From Octopus bimaculoides (Eukaryota), in the NCBI RefSeq assembly GCF_001194135.2, contig NC_068996.1, positions 39,306,114 through 39,370,113 of the forward strand: a stretch of DNA of 64,000 bases. Direction: 5' to 3'. The notes under the pieces were generated by a model. It did not search any database. It was not told where the DNA came from and was given only the letters and a program-made list of their open reading frames with translations. Made by a program: the position numbers and the translations under genes. Below are positions 39,720 through 52,616 of this stretch, piece after piece. Each line of letters starts with the position of its first letter. Position 1 is the stretch's first letter.

Positions 39720-41046
39720 GTAAGTTATGCTATTGTTGTTATTGAGATTAATGTTTTTGTTGTGTGAGAGGTAAGCTGCTGGTGCACTGACTATATCACA
39801 TAGTTTCAATTATCAACTTTAGCAGTTTCCTTTCTATTTATGAAAGCTAAAAATATACTCCTCTTAAAAATGTAAAATTTGGTGCTTTTTGAGAAATTGC
39901 TATTGTTTAGACCCAGGTCAGTCTTGAACCAGCTTTGATCATATCTAGTCCAGTCATGACCATCCTGCTTTCTATTAAGTCATGTAATACCGCATTATCC
40001 AAAGTATATGTCCTTTTTAAAAATAGCAATATATTTTGAGGTAGTACTGGTTGCTGTTTGTAATAGAATGAGCAACTACATAAAGGCTCTCTCATTGGCT
40101 TGTTGAGAAGCAATTATTTATTCCCTAGGTCTTATTAAAACTTAGACCCAAATTTCCAATTAATGATTAATTATACACCACTGATTAACAGAAAAGAATG
40201 AATGCGCTTGGTAGATATTTCTTCATGTATCAGTCTGATTTTATGCTTGTGTATTAAAAAAACAAACAACCAACCTCTTATGTATATAAAACAGTCAGTT
40301 ATGACCAGGTTTATATGCATAACAATCCTGTAGTTTGATGCCTCTTACCACTCCATTTGGTAGTTTGAGCTTGCTGTTTGTGATGGAATGAGCAACTACA
40401 TAAATCTTAAATATTTTAAGAATTGCTAAAATAATATTTACATGATGTTGGATTGAATCAAATAGCCATAATGCTTTACGGCCAAGTATTTTAGTTAAGA
40501 GAAATTTTTATTATATATTGAAATTATGATGTCATTCAAACAGAATGAGACTACTGAAACATGTGTACTGGATATTTAGTTCCAATCTTGTTGAGGTTTT
40601 TGACTCTTTCATTTCAAGGAAATCAAAAAAATGAAATGTGTGTGTCAGGTCTGTTCAGTCGGATAGGCCTTTCCGAGACCACACCAGTTTATGGCCTTGT
40701 GCCATTGTAAGAAATCAGTATTTTAGTTCTCTGTATTGCATCAAATGTTTGTTTTAAGAGAATTAATGAAAGTCATAACTTTTCATTTATGTATCAGCAA
40801 GAAATAATTATTTTACAACCATATATCTAGTCACAATATCAAATTATTTGAAATGAATATTTTTCTGTAGTAATATAGTAAAACTGGAATAAGAATTGAT
40901 ATTTTTGTCTTGTGTGACATACAGTTGTTTCATAATTTCTTAATAATAATCATTATTGATTTTCCCCTTTTTTTAAAATTTATTCTTCAGCTATAAATTT
41001 AATACATTTCAGAATATTTTTCTAACTTATTTTATATGTATTTTAG

Positions 41047-41133
41047 ATTGGGCAGATGAAGTTTTGCCATCTACAAATATTTTGAGGTTGATTTACCAAG
41101 GACGGTTTCTTCATGGAAATGTAACCCTTGGAG
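41047..41133 (+). CDS. UBL3: UBL3 internal coding exon (equivalent to exon 3)
   Basis: Acceptor ttttag, donor G|gtaagt. 87 nt, phase 1 to phase 1, in frame with the previous exon: (D)WADEVLPSTNILRLIYQGRFLHGNVTLG, the conserved UBL3 LRLIYQGRFLHGNVTLG motif. Confidence 0.96.
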
Positions 41134-41185
41134 GTAAGTAACATTTGTTTACTTTTTTTTTTTACATCTTAAATTTAATAATTAA

Positions 41186-41400
41186 CCCTTTTGTTACCAT
41201 ATTTATGTTAAAATACACTGCCTTTGTTTCAATTAATTTTTAGAATAATATTTAGTAAAATAACCTTCTCTTTATTAAACTGGAGTCTGGAACAATTTAG
41301 CATAAAATTTTGTTGGAATATTATGATTTAGACTTCTTTAAAACAGTAAATTCATGTCATAGAACATGGGGTGGTCCCAGGTGGGCTGTTAACCAAAGGG
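41186..41400. mobile_element. TTAA-flanked MITE, family P2
   Basis: TTAA|CCCTTTTGTTACCATATTT left end matches the 61644 end; right end CAAAGGG|TGAA. Confidence 0.55.
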
Positions 41401-42639
41401 TGAAAAGGTGGAAGGTACTGTGAAACGAGAGGTAAACTCTCTAATAGCTAAAATTGCAATTTAGTTTCAATTTATATTTAAATCCATCTCATTTCAATTA
41501 TGTTGTTAATGCCTTGGGGAAAGGCATGATTTTCAGTTTTTCTGTTTGTAAGTATGCAATTTTTGGCAAACTAATATATCATCAGTTAATGGCTGTTTTC
41601 CATGCTGGCATGGGTTGGATGGTTTGAGAGGAGCTAGTAAGCCGGAGGATTGCGCCAAGCTCTATTGTCTGCTTCGGCATGGTTTCTACAGCTTGATGCT
41701 CTTCCTAATATCAACCACTTTACAGTATGTACTGGGTGCTTTTTATGTGGCACCAGCACCAGAAAGGTCACCAAATAACTTGAAAGACAGAAGACCTTTC
41801 AACCTTCAGAGGGAGTGGTATTGAGAGAGGTGGTTTTGTGCTTGATGAGCCGTTAAACTCTATGAGAGGGACAGAAATAGATGTTTTGCTGTAGAGGAGA
41901 TATATAACTACCCCAGTTGGTGAGAGAGAGAAATGGTGGTAGAGATGTCGGACAGCTAGGTGAAATGATACAGCCGATTGGACAGAGTGAGTGGAAAGAA
42001 GGCTGATAGAGGAGGAAGTGTGAGAGATGTTTAGAGATGAGGTAGATCTGACTTGACTGTAGCTAGTGATATAGTGAGAGATGTAGGAGTGGCTCAGAAT
42101 GGAGTGGGATGGGGGTTACATTAGATGTGTGAGGGCATTGAGAGCAATAGCAGATAAGAGGTGCTAAGGGCGGAGTATAACAGAGGAGGGTGAGAAAGAG
42201 AGCAAAGGCAGAAAGCCAGTGATTTGTGGAAATAGTGGAAGGAGGGGGAAGATAATGAGGAATGGAAGTGGTTGTGTTTGGGTAGTAACTAAAAGGGAGT
42301 GGGGACAGTATGTTGTTATTCTGCTCTCAGGTGATGATTTCAGTAGCTAAGTAGTACCATAGTCAGAGAAGAGACAAGTGTTAGGGGCTGAGATATTGGA
42401 GAAAAGCTTGATAACTCCACCAACCAACTAACCAACCACCCACATACACATACAGGCATTACCGAAGTGGTTTTAGGGTATAATTTCTGCTATGGTGGTT
42501 GGGTTTTCTTGACCACAGCAAAATGCCAGTAATCTCCTACTTCTAATACTTCATCCAATGTCTTCCTGTGTCTCCATCTTCCACAAGTTCTGTCTACTTT
42601 AAGCAATTAACACTTCTTTATGCAACTGTCCTCATCCAT

Positions 42640-44040
42640 ATTCATTACATGACCAAACCAGTGAAGTCTTCTCGCTTGCATGCTGAATCTAATTTCTCTA
42701 ATGCCTAACTTTCCTCTCAGTACACTAGCACTTTGTTACATGAGAGCTGATATTGCAATCCAACAGTGCACACATGCTTCATTTTTTTCTAGTCTTTGTA
42801 TGTTCTCTGTATTTAGGCCCCACATCTCACTACCTTGTAACATTGCAGTTTGTACACAAGCATTATATAATTTTCATTTTATTTGGAGAAGCTTTTTATT
42901 GTCAACTGAAATTAAAGTTCTCTGAATTTTCTCCATCCTCATCTTATTTTAGCAACTATACTTTTAGGACATTCATCTCCACTGCTAATTAAGTCACCTA
43001 AGGAACAGAAATCATCAATTACCTCTAGAGAGCTTCCAGAACATATGAGAAAATCAATTTCCCGTGTATCTGTAGTCTTTATGATGACACCTGTGCACCT
43101 TCCACACACAAACACTTTCTCCATTAACCTTCCTATAATTCCACTGAGCCTCTTGTATGTCCATAGCTTACACTAGGTATACCATATGAAATTCTTGTCT
43201 ACTCCATTGCTACATACTGGAAGGGCCATTCACCTGAAGGATGTAATGTCTTGTCTATTTTCTTGTTTACTAGAACTTTAGTCTTTGCTAAGTTTAACTC
43301 TAAAACCCATCAGTTCCAGGTTTTGCCTCCACACCTGGAATTTCTAACTCTGTTACTGCTTCTGCTATGAGAGTGAGATCATTTGGTGTAATAGTTGTTC
43401 CGAAGGGCAGCTAGTCTAAAATTTCATTATCATCATCAGGAGGACAATGGTGAATAGGAGAGGACTGAAATCTGAGCCCTGATGAATGCCTACCTGTACA
43501 CTAAATTTGTCACTGTACTTATGGTTAACTTTTTTACCTTACTGACAACACCCCTGTCCATGGCCTGTACAGCTTTGACAAGCTATTTGTCTATCTCTAG
43601 CTTCCTCATTGCCCACATATCACAGAGCAAGAATTTCTCTAGGTCAATGGATATCAATTACAGTGGTTTATTCTGAGCTGAATACTTTTCCTGCATTTAT
43701 TTGACTAAAAGATAGTGTCAGTAGTACTTCTCCCTAGTCAAACTGCATTTCATCTACTCTAATTCTGTTCCTGATTAATTGGGTTGTAACTCTCTCCGTA
43801 ACTTTTATGATGTGGTCCAATAATTTGATACTTCCATAATTACTTCTGTCTTTACCCTTGTAGCAGCTGACTATTATTATGCTGCTACACCAGTCATTGG
43901 GGACGACACCTTCCTGAATAACTAATTAACTATATGGGTAACTAGACTGTATCCTACTCCGCCAGATATTTTAAGCATCTCAACAGTAATTCCAAATGGA
44001 CCAGAGACTTTTCTTTGTCTTCATATCCTTAATTGCCTTA
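42640..44040 (-). mobile_element. RTE-clade LINE RT fragment (decayed)
   Basis: FVCGRCTG...LEVIDDFCSLGDLISSG (ORF 42939-43124); GLRFQSSPIVL (decayed QGSVLSPLL); collinear with 3000-4560. Confidence 0.85.
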
Positions 44041-45597
44041 TCTGTCATACTGCTGTCAACTAGAATAGCTGGCCTCGGTTGGGTTCAACATACGGGGGTG
44101 GGAGTGGGGGGGGGATCCCTTTCTCCCATTCATGAAGTTACTTAGATTTAAGAAACAAGACATGGTAGGTATGCTCTTGTAAATTGTGAGCCAGTGCCAT
44201 ATCTAGTTGGCTACTTCACGTCAACTTAACTAAATCGTCTCTTTTNNNNNNNNNNNNNNNNNNNNNNNNNNNNNNNNNNNNNNNNNNNNNNNNNNNNNNN
44301 NNNNNNNNNNNNNNNNNNNNNNNNNNNNNNNNNNNNNNNNNNNNNNNNNNNNNNNNNNNNNNNNNNNNNNNNNNNNNNNNNNNNNNNNNNNNNNNNNNNN
44401 NNNNNNNNNNNNNNNNNNNNNNNNNNNNNNNNNNNNNNNNNNNNNNNNNNNNNNNNNNNNNNNNNNNNNNNNNNNNNNNNNNNNNNNNNNNNNNNNNNNN
44501 NNNNNNNNNNNNNNNNNNNNNNNNNNNNNNNNNNNNNNNNNNNNNNNNNNNNNNNNNNNNNNNNNNNNNNNNNNNNNNNNNNNNNNNNNNNNNNNNNNNN
44601 NNNNNNNNNNNNNNNNNNNNNNNNNNNNNNNNNNNNNNNNNNNNNNNNNNNNNNNNNNNNNNNNNNNNNNNNNNNNNNNNNNNNNNNNNNNNNNNNNNNN
44701 NNNNNNNNNNNNNNNNNNNNNNNNNNNNNNNNNNNNNNNNNNNNNNNNNNNNNNNNNNNNNNNNNNNNNNNNNNNNNNNNNNNNNNNNNNNNNNNNNNNN
44801 NNNNNNNNNNNNNNNNNNNNNNNNNNNNNNNNNNNNNNNNNNNNNNNNNNNNNNNNNNNNNNNNNNNNNNNNNNNNNNNNNNNNNNNNNNNNNNNNNNNN
44901 NNNNNNNNNNNNNNNNNNNNNNNNNNNNNNNNNNNNNNNNNNNNNNNNNNNNNNNNNNNNNNAGTTTCTACAGCTGGATACCCTTCCTAACGCCAACCAC
45001 TCAGAGAGTGTAGTGGGTGCTTTTACGTGTCACCCGCATGAAAACGGCCACGCTTGAAATGGTGTCTTTTATGTGCCACCCGCACAAGCCAGTCCAGGGG
45101 CACTGGCAATGATCTCACTCGAAAATCCTACGGGAGCCAGTCAGGCGGTACTGGCAACGGCCACGCTCAAAATTGTGCATCTCATGTGCCACCCGCACAA
45201 GAGCCAGTCCAGGGGCACTGGCAACGATCTTACTTGGCTTGCCGGGTCTTCTCACGCACAGCACATCTCCAAAGGTCTATGAACAAAAAGATATTGGTAT
45301 ATCTCATGAACATGTCTAATCTCTTTTTCTTATCACCAGATTCACTTGAAAATTCACAAACGTATTCCATGCTCAAACTTAAGGTTAATCATTGCTTACT
45401 GTAACTTATATTTAGCTTTGAACTTTAATTATATAAACAATCACGTAGAGGAAAGAAACGAAAAAGATAAGGTTCATAATTCCAATATAAGAATTTAAAA
45501 TTCCTTATTTTTAGTCAAAACACATACACACACAATTGAGGAGTAATTATATGATAATTTTTGAGGGTTTTGAGTAATTATATAATAATTTTCAATA

Positions 45598-45759
45598 GGT
45601 GCAGGAGTGGCTGTGTGGTAAATAGCTTGCTTACCAACCACATGGTTCCGGGTTCAGTCCCACTGTGTGGCACCTTTGGCAAGTGTCTTCTATAGCCTCA
45701 GGCCAACCAAAGCCTTGTAAGTGAATTTGGTAGATGGAAACTGAAAGAAACCCATCGTG

Positions 45760-45819
<60 letters not shown>

Positions 45820-46004
45820 TCCCCCCACCATCGCTTGACAACCGATGCTGGTGTGTTTATGTCCCCGTAACTTAGCGGTTCGGCAAAAAGAGATTGATAG
45901 AATAAGTACTGGACTTACAAAGAATAAGTCTTGGGGTTGATTTGCTCGACTAAAAGCAGTGCTCCTGCATGGCCGCATTCAAATGACTGAAACAAGTAAA
46001 AGAG
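45598..46004 (+). mobile_element. tRNA-derived SINE family A, near full length
   Basis: A-box-like TGGCTGTGTGGT, B-box GGTTCAGTCC, internal (TA)n(TG)n, tail GAAACAAGTAAAAGAG; more than 15 related copies in the window. Confidence 0.9.
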
Positions 46005-47499
46005 TTATAAGAAAGGCTTGAGAAATGCCAGAAAATTTAGTGGTATTGATTTTTCAAGTTATCTTGGTAAAAATCAGCATTTGTATCTCCCCCATTCCCC
46101 AGTTTAAAAATTTCCTTGTTTGTTGACAATGTAATTAGATCACTTTATGGAATTTCTTCAAATTAAGAATTATAGTTTCTGACTTTAACAAAATTAAATG
46201 CTTTTATTTTATTTTTGAGCAGTTATTGTTGTAGGAAGTAAGTGCTACAGTATCACAGAGAACATGCCTCGTAGTATGTTTTTTTTTCTTTTTCATTTTG
46301 GTTCTTTATGCTTATACATGAAGACACATGGCTTTGTGGTTAGGATGTTGCACTCATGATTGGAAGGTTGTGAGTTTGATTCCTGAACTGGGCAGTAAGT
46401 TAGTCTTTGAGCAAAACACCTCATTTCACATTGCTCTAATGCTGTGTGGGAATTGGTGTGTCAAAGAACAGTCCCAACATTTCCTCTGCGTGTCGTTAAA
46501 GGCAACTAAAAGAGGTTTGCACTCCGACCTTGTAAAACCTTCACCAGCAACAACTATCCAAAGAAAGACCCGTGAGTGGTGCAAAGATGTCATCTGCTAG
46601 GGTTTGGGAATTACCAACATGGTAGATGCAGCAGTGTGCTGTTACAGCACTTGTGACCCCCCCCCCTCCCATGTTACTAGTACCACTGTATGCTTTGAAA
46701 TCTGCTGAGGTCAGCTTAGCTTTTTATACCCTCTGGGGTGGGGTGGGGGTGTCAATGGTTTCAGCTAATCCCACTCCCCATCAAAATTGTTGGCTTTGTT
46801 CATAAATTAGAGACAATCTTGTATTTAGTTTGATCCTTAATCCGACTTCAAACACTGTTGTCTTTTGTTCTTGGCTTGACATAAGTTACCTGTAATATAA
46901 TATTACTTCAGTAGATTCGCTAATTGCCTGTGTGGCTAAGACGTTTGCTTTGCAAAGGCAAACAGGTAGTTCCGGGTTCAATCCCACTCTGCAACACCGT
47001 TGGCATGTTTTCTCTCATTGCCTCAGATTCACTGATATTTTACGTATGGAACATCATAATGGAAACTGTGCAAAAGGCCAGTGTGTGTGTGTGTGTATAT
47101 ATGAGAGTCTGTTTTTGTTTTTGCTGTTTTGGGTGTTCCTTGGGACATTTTTCTATGATGAACCCTTATTTTCATGTTTGAATCCCTAGCTGCTGAACAT
47201 TTTCGCTTGTGTGATAAGTGTAGGCATGGCTACAGGTGCAGCAGTTGTTATGTTGTTAAGAAGTTAGCTTCTTAACAATATAGCCATGTATTGCTTTGGA
47301 TTCAGTTCACACTGGTTGGCACCTTGGTCAAGTGTCTTCTACACTAGAATTTGTTTGATGGAAACTGAAAGAAGGTTATCGTGTGTATATTAGTGACAGA
47401 GGCAGTATTACTACCAAGCAGTAATATTTATCCCCACTTAAACATGGATGTTCGGTTAGAACAAACTTTATTGCAGTTTCTCTCATATATCTATATAAA

Positions 47500-48085
47500 T
47501 AATTGAAATTGAACCAAATTCGACGACTGGCACCCATGCCAACCTTTCCTTCATTGGACACTAAACTCTGCTTGCAAAGACCTGTTGGGGCAAGTGAAAT
47601 CGAAATCGTAATTGAACCAAATTCGATGGCTGGCACCTGTGCCAGTGGAGCGCTGACAGCACTGTCGGAGCGTGATCATTGCCAGAGCAACTGTCTGTCT
47701 GGCTTCCATGCTGGTGGCACATAAATAGCACCATTTGAGCGTGATCGTTACCAGCGTCGCCTTACTGGCACTTGTGCCGGTAGCACGTGAAAAAACATAC
47801 GAGCGAGGCCGTTGCCAAAGCTGCTGGACTGGCTCCTGTGCAGGTGGCACGTAAAAAACACCATTTTGAGCGTGGCCATTGCCAGTACCGTCTGACTGGC
47901 CCTTGTGCTGGTGGCATGTAAAAGCACCCACTACACTCTCGGAGTGGTTGGTGTTAGGAAGGGCATCCAGCTGTAGAAACTCTGCCTGATCAGATTGGAG
48001 CCTGGTGCAGCCATCTGGTTCGCCAGTCCTCAGTCAAATCGTCCAACCCATGCGAGCATGGAAAGCGGACGTTAAACGATGATAA
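47500..48085 (+). mobile_element. SINE/RTE-3'-end family C, long form with internal tandem repeats
   Basis: GGCGTTAGGAAGGGCATCCAGCTGTAGAAAC...CATGGAAAGCGGACGTTAAACGAT(GAT)n-type tail; many shorter copies (e.g. 31870-32065, 35955-36160, 39118-39420, 41590-41800, 44963-45280, 50370-50890, 60350-60530). Confidence 0.8.
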
Positions 48086-48702
48086 TGAAGATATATATAT
48101 AGATATAAGACGTAATTAGGATTCAGTTGAATTAGGTACTTCAGTTGAGGCACCAAGTCAGTCCAGTATTGCCCTCATAGCAGCTTGAAGTTAGATGAAT
48201 AAAAAGCAAATAAGTCACAAGGATGGGCAGGTATTACTGCATTACAGCCATTTCAAGTAGTTCCGTTTAATTGATCAATGCAAACATTACATCAATTTGT
48301 TAAAAAATTATAATGGAGTATCCTGTAGGTTGGAAATCTATATGAGAATGGAGGAGAGTGGTTTATTTCAAACTGATGTAATGTTTCCATTGATTGATTA
48401 AATGGAGCCACTTGAAACAGCCGTAATGCACTGTTACCTAGACATCCTTGTTACTTATCTGCTTTATTTATATATATATATATATTATACATAGATACAG
48501 CATGCGTGACTGTCTAATTGAGACATGCTTGTTCTTTTCTTTTTATGTTTTCTTTCTCCTCATCCCTCCCCTCTGTAGAACATAAGCTCATAACATTAGA
48601 CTTCCTCCAGTTTTCCTGAGTGTTAACCTAATAAACATTATTTTTTTTTTTTACCTCATCTTTGTGTGTGTGTGTGTGTGTGTTTTTTATTTTTTATTCA
48701 TG

Positions 48703-48741
<39 letters not shown>

Positions 48742-48743
<2 letters not shown>

Positions 48744-48990
48744 TTCAAAAAAACAACAAAGTGAGGACGTGATACGGATAGTGTTATTGGACGCTCAGGA
48801 AAGGAAAGAGAGAGTGTATGACGTTTCGGGCGTAGCCCTTCGTCGGAAAGATGGAAAGTTCGGAGAATGGAAGAACGGAGAAAGAGGAAAATGGTACCGA
48901 TGCCCATGAGGTTACATTGTGATAAGGCCGGAAGAGGAGGTGGTGGGGGAAAAGTTCTTTCTAAGACAGGAGAGTGAAAAAGGGAGATGA
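48742..48990 (-). mobile_element. Penelope-like pseudo-LTR fragment with a hammerhead-like core
   Basis: Minus strand CCGACGA-A-GGGC(TAC)GCCC-GAAACGTC, the motif type seen at Penelope-like element termini. Pyrimidine-rich body, ends in (TA)n. Stem I not evident. Confidence 0.5.
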
Positions 48991-49719
48991 ATATCGGTGC
49001 GCGTGCGAAAGTCTGCGAGTGTGTGTGTGTGATAACAGAACGTGTGTGTGCGTATGTATGTGTGTGTGTAATGTGTGTATGTGTTTGTGCCTCCTTGTCT
49101 TCACTGCATGGGATAGTTATAAAGTGTGTTACTTCCATACAAGCAAAGTTCCTTGTTTCTGGTCATTCATGGGGTAATAATACCTTGCTGCAAACGAGTG
49201 AGACTTGAAGAAAAGAAGGGAAATTGTCTCAACAAATTGTCTCACTCCTGCAAGCATGATGGTAACAACGATTAGCGCATAAATGTTACAACTGGTCAAC
49301 CCTGATGTCACGGCAAAGAAACGTGGGGTCAAGTATACATATACAAGTGCACACGCACACAGATGTAAAAGGTTTTTGCATATCAGATTGAATTAAAAAA
49401 GAATGGTCACCTGAATGGCTTAAGTATGAGACAATTGGCTAAGGTACTGTGGAATCAAACATGAAGCCATGTGGTTGTGTAGCGTGTGTGTGTCTTCCTC
49501 TTACTCTTTCTTTCTTTGTATGTATACATATATGCAAGCACGCACGCACACACGTATGTGCAAATATGTACATATGTGTGTATTGAATGATTGCTTGATA
49601 GTACATGGCATGCTATACAAGCTCAATTGACTATTCTGTGATCAGAAACATGAAACATATAGCTTTCATTTAAATCCTGTTTATTATATTATACACACAC
49701 GCACACGTATATACACTGT

Positions 49720-49798
49720 GGCACGTAGAGCAAGTGTCTTCCGCTGTAACCTCGGCTGACCAAAGCCTTGTAACAAAAACTGAAAGAAGCCTGTTGTA

Positions 49799-49850
<52 letters not shown>

Positions 49851-49884
49851 AATAAGGATAAGATCGATATTTAAAATAATTTTA

Positions 49885-49932
<48 letters not shown>

Positions 49933-50160
49933 ATATATATATGTGTGTGTTTGTGTTTGTCCCCCCACCATCATTTGACAACTGATGTTGGTGTGTTGAC
50001 TTCCCTATAACTTAGCTCTTTGGCAAAAGAGACCTATAAAGTAAGTACTAGGCTTACAAAGAATAAGTCCTAGGGTTGATTTCTTTGACTAAAACCCTTT
50101 AAGGTGGTGCTCTAGCATGGCTGCAGTCAAATGACTCACACATGTAAAAGAATAAGAGAA
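49720..50160 (+). mobile_element. SINE family A (5' truncated, microsatellite-expanded)
   Basis: Similarity to the family A body and tail. Confidence 0.85.
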
Positions 50161-51775
50161 CAACACAGCTGTCCACATGGGATAATTCATGCATCAAAGT
50201 ATGAACAAACACAGTGAAACTTGCCAAAATCATTATAACTACTCATTAGTATTCAAATTTTATAGATACAGTAACACACACACGCACACACAATTGCATA
50301 TAAACACTTACATAAATGATAGATGAGTGTAAAAAATTAAGGACTGTTTTGAAGGGCAAATTCATCATCATCATTATTATTTAACGTCCATTGTCCATGC
50401 TGGCATAAGTTAGATGGTTTGGCCAGGACTGGCAAGCTGGAAGGCTGTACCAGACTCCTGTCAGATTTGGCATGGTGTTCTATGTCTGGATGCCCTTCCT
50501 AATGCCAACCACTCTGAGAATGTGATGGGTGCTTTTAGGTGCCACTGGAACAGGTACCATTTGTATGACACCAGTATCTGCCATGACTGCTATTTCACTT
50601 GGCTTGATGGGTTTTCTTCTCAAGCACAGCATAATGCCAAAGGTCTTGGTCTTTTATCAGTGCCTTCGTGAGGCCCAACATTCAAAAGGTGCTTTTCACA
50701 TGCCACTGGCATTGGCCACCTTGCTGCCATGAGGCCCAACACTCAAAAGCTGCGTTCTACATGCCACTGGCTCAAGTGCCAGCATTGGCCACAGCTATGA
50801 TTTCACTTGGCTTGACGGGTCTTCTCTAATATGGCATATTGCCAAAGGTCTGTCAGTAGCCATTTCCTCCATGAGGCCCTACATTCAAAGATTGAAAATA
50901 AGTAAATTCAAGTAATAGTTGGTTCAGTGCTTAAAATGGAAAAAAATTACAAAGCATGATTTTTTTTATTGCTGTTTTCAAAATCTTTGTTTACAGTGTT
51001 TTTAAAAACAATATTGAGGATTTTTTTTTCCAGATTATTGTTGATATATATATTTATTGAATGATTTAAATTATCTAACTTTAAAATCTAAATATACCCT
51101 ATAAGAAATAAGCTGTCTTATTTCGGTTTCTTTATCTCAATACATATGTGTCTGTACATGTCTACATGTGTGTATATATATATATATGTAGAGAGAGGGA
51201 GAGGTATATGTTTGTTTGTAAGTACACATGTATGTGTATGCACATTGTACTTGTGTGTTTTGTCATTCTGCCCCTGTAGGTCTGTACACTGAATATAATA
51301 TATATATATATATATGTCCCACCCATGCTATCATGGAACACTGATGTTAAATTATATATATATCCACTCCATCATTTTTACATGTACAAGATAAACCCTG
51401 TTCTATTCAACACTCTAACCCCTATTCTTGTAGCCTTTAACTCCACCATTCAGCCATTTCACACCTATTTACTGTTTTAATTTGCAGCTATAATTAATGA
51501 AATTAAAACCTGTTACTACAAAACTATTGCCAGTCACCACTTCCTCTCCTCTAAGCTATGCCATACTTATTAAACACCCTCACCAACTCTTATTTACCAT
51601 TGATTACACCTGCTCTTGTTCATCATTCACTACATTCATACCCTGTACACATTTGACTACATCTACCCCATATTTATGTCAATCCTTCACTCTCTCATCA
51701 CCCTCTTGCAACGTTACCTATTCCTGCTGATTCTGTTGGTCACATGCTACCTTTTATGTAAATCTGCACACGAAA

Positions 51776-51836
<61 letters not shown>

Positions 51837-52423
51837 NNNNNNNNNNNNNNNNNNNNNNNNNNNNNNNNNNNNNNNNNNNNNNNNNNNNNNNNNNNNNNNN
51901 NNNNNNNNNNNNNNNNNNNNNNNNNNNNNNNNNNNNNNNNNNNNNNNNNNNNNNNNNNNNNNNNNNNNNNNNNNNNNNNNNNNNNNNNNNNNNNNNNNNN
52001 NNNNNNNNNNNNNNNNNNNNNNNNNNNNNNNNNNNNNNNNNNNNNNNNNNNNNNNNNNNNNNNNNNNNNNNNNNNNNNNNNNNNNNNNNNNNNNNNNNNN
52101 NNNNNNNNNNNNNNNNNNNNNNNNNNNNNNNNNNNNNNNNNNNNNNNNNNNNNNNNNNNNNNNNNNNNNNNNNNNNNNNNNNNNNNNNNNNNNNNNNNNN
52201 NNNNNNNNNNNNNNNNNNNNNNNNNNNNNNNNNNNNNNNNNNNNNNNNNNNNNNNNNNNNNNNNNNNNNNNNNNNNNNNNNNNNNNNNNNNNNNNNNNNN
52301 NNNNNNNNNNNNNNNNNNNNNNNNNNNNNNNNNNNNNNNNNNNNNNNNNNNNNNNNNNNNNNNNNNNNNNNNNNNNNNNNNNNNNNNNNNNNNNNNNNNN
52401 NNNNNNNNNNNNNTATATATATA

Positions 52424-52616
52424 CTTTATTTAAAAGCAGCAGAAATATAACAAAAAAACCGTTACTCTGAGTTTCATGTTCCCGTTCATCGGACAGTTTT
52501 GTTAGAAACGGTTTTTTTGTTATATTTCTGCTGCTTTTAAATAAAGCATATTACTCTACCTCTGGTATTTGAGTACTCTTTTTTCCACCTTGTTGCACAT
52601 TTCATGCGCTTACTCC

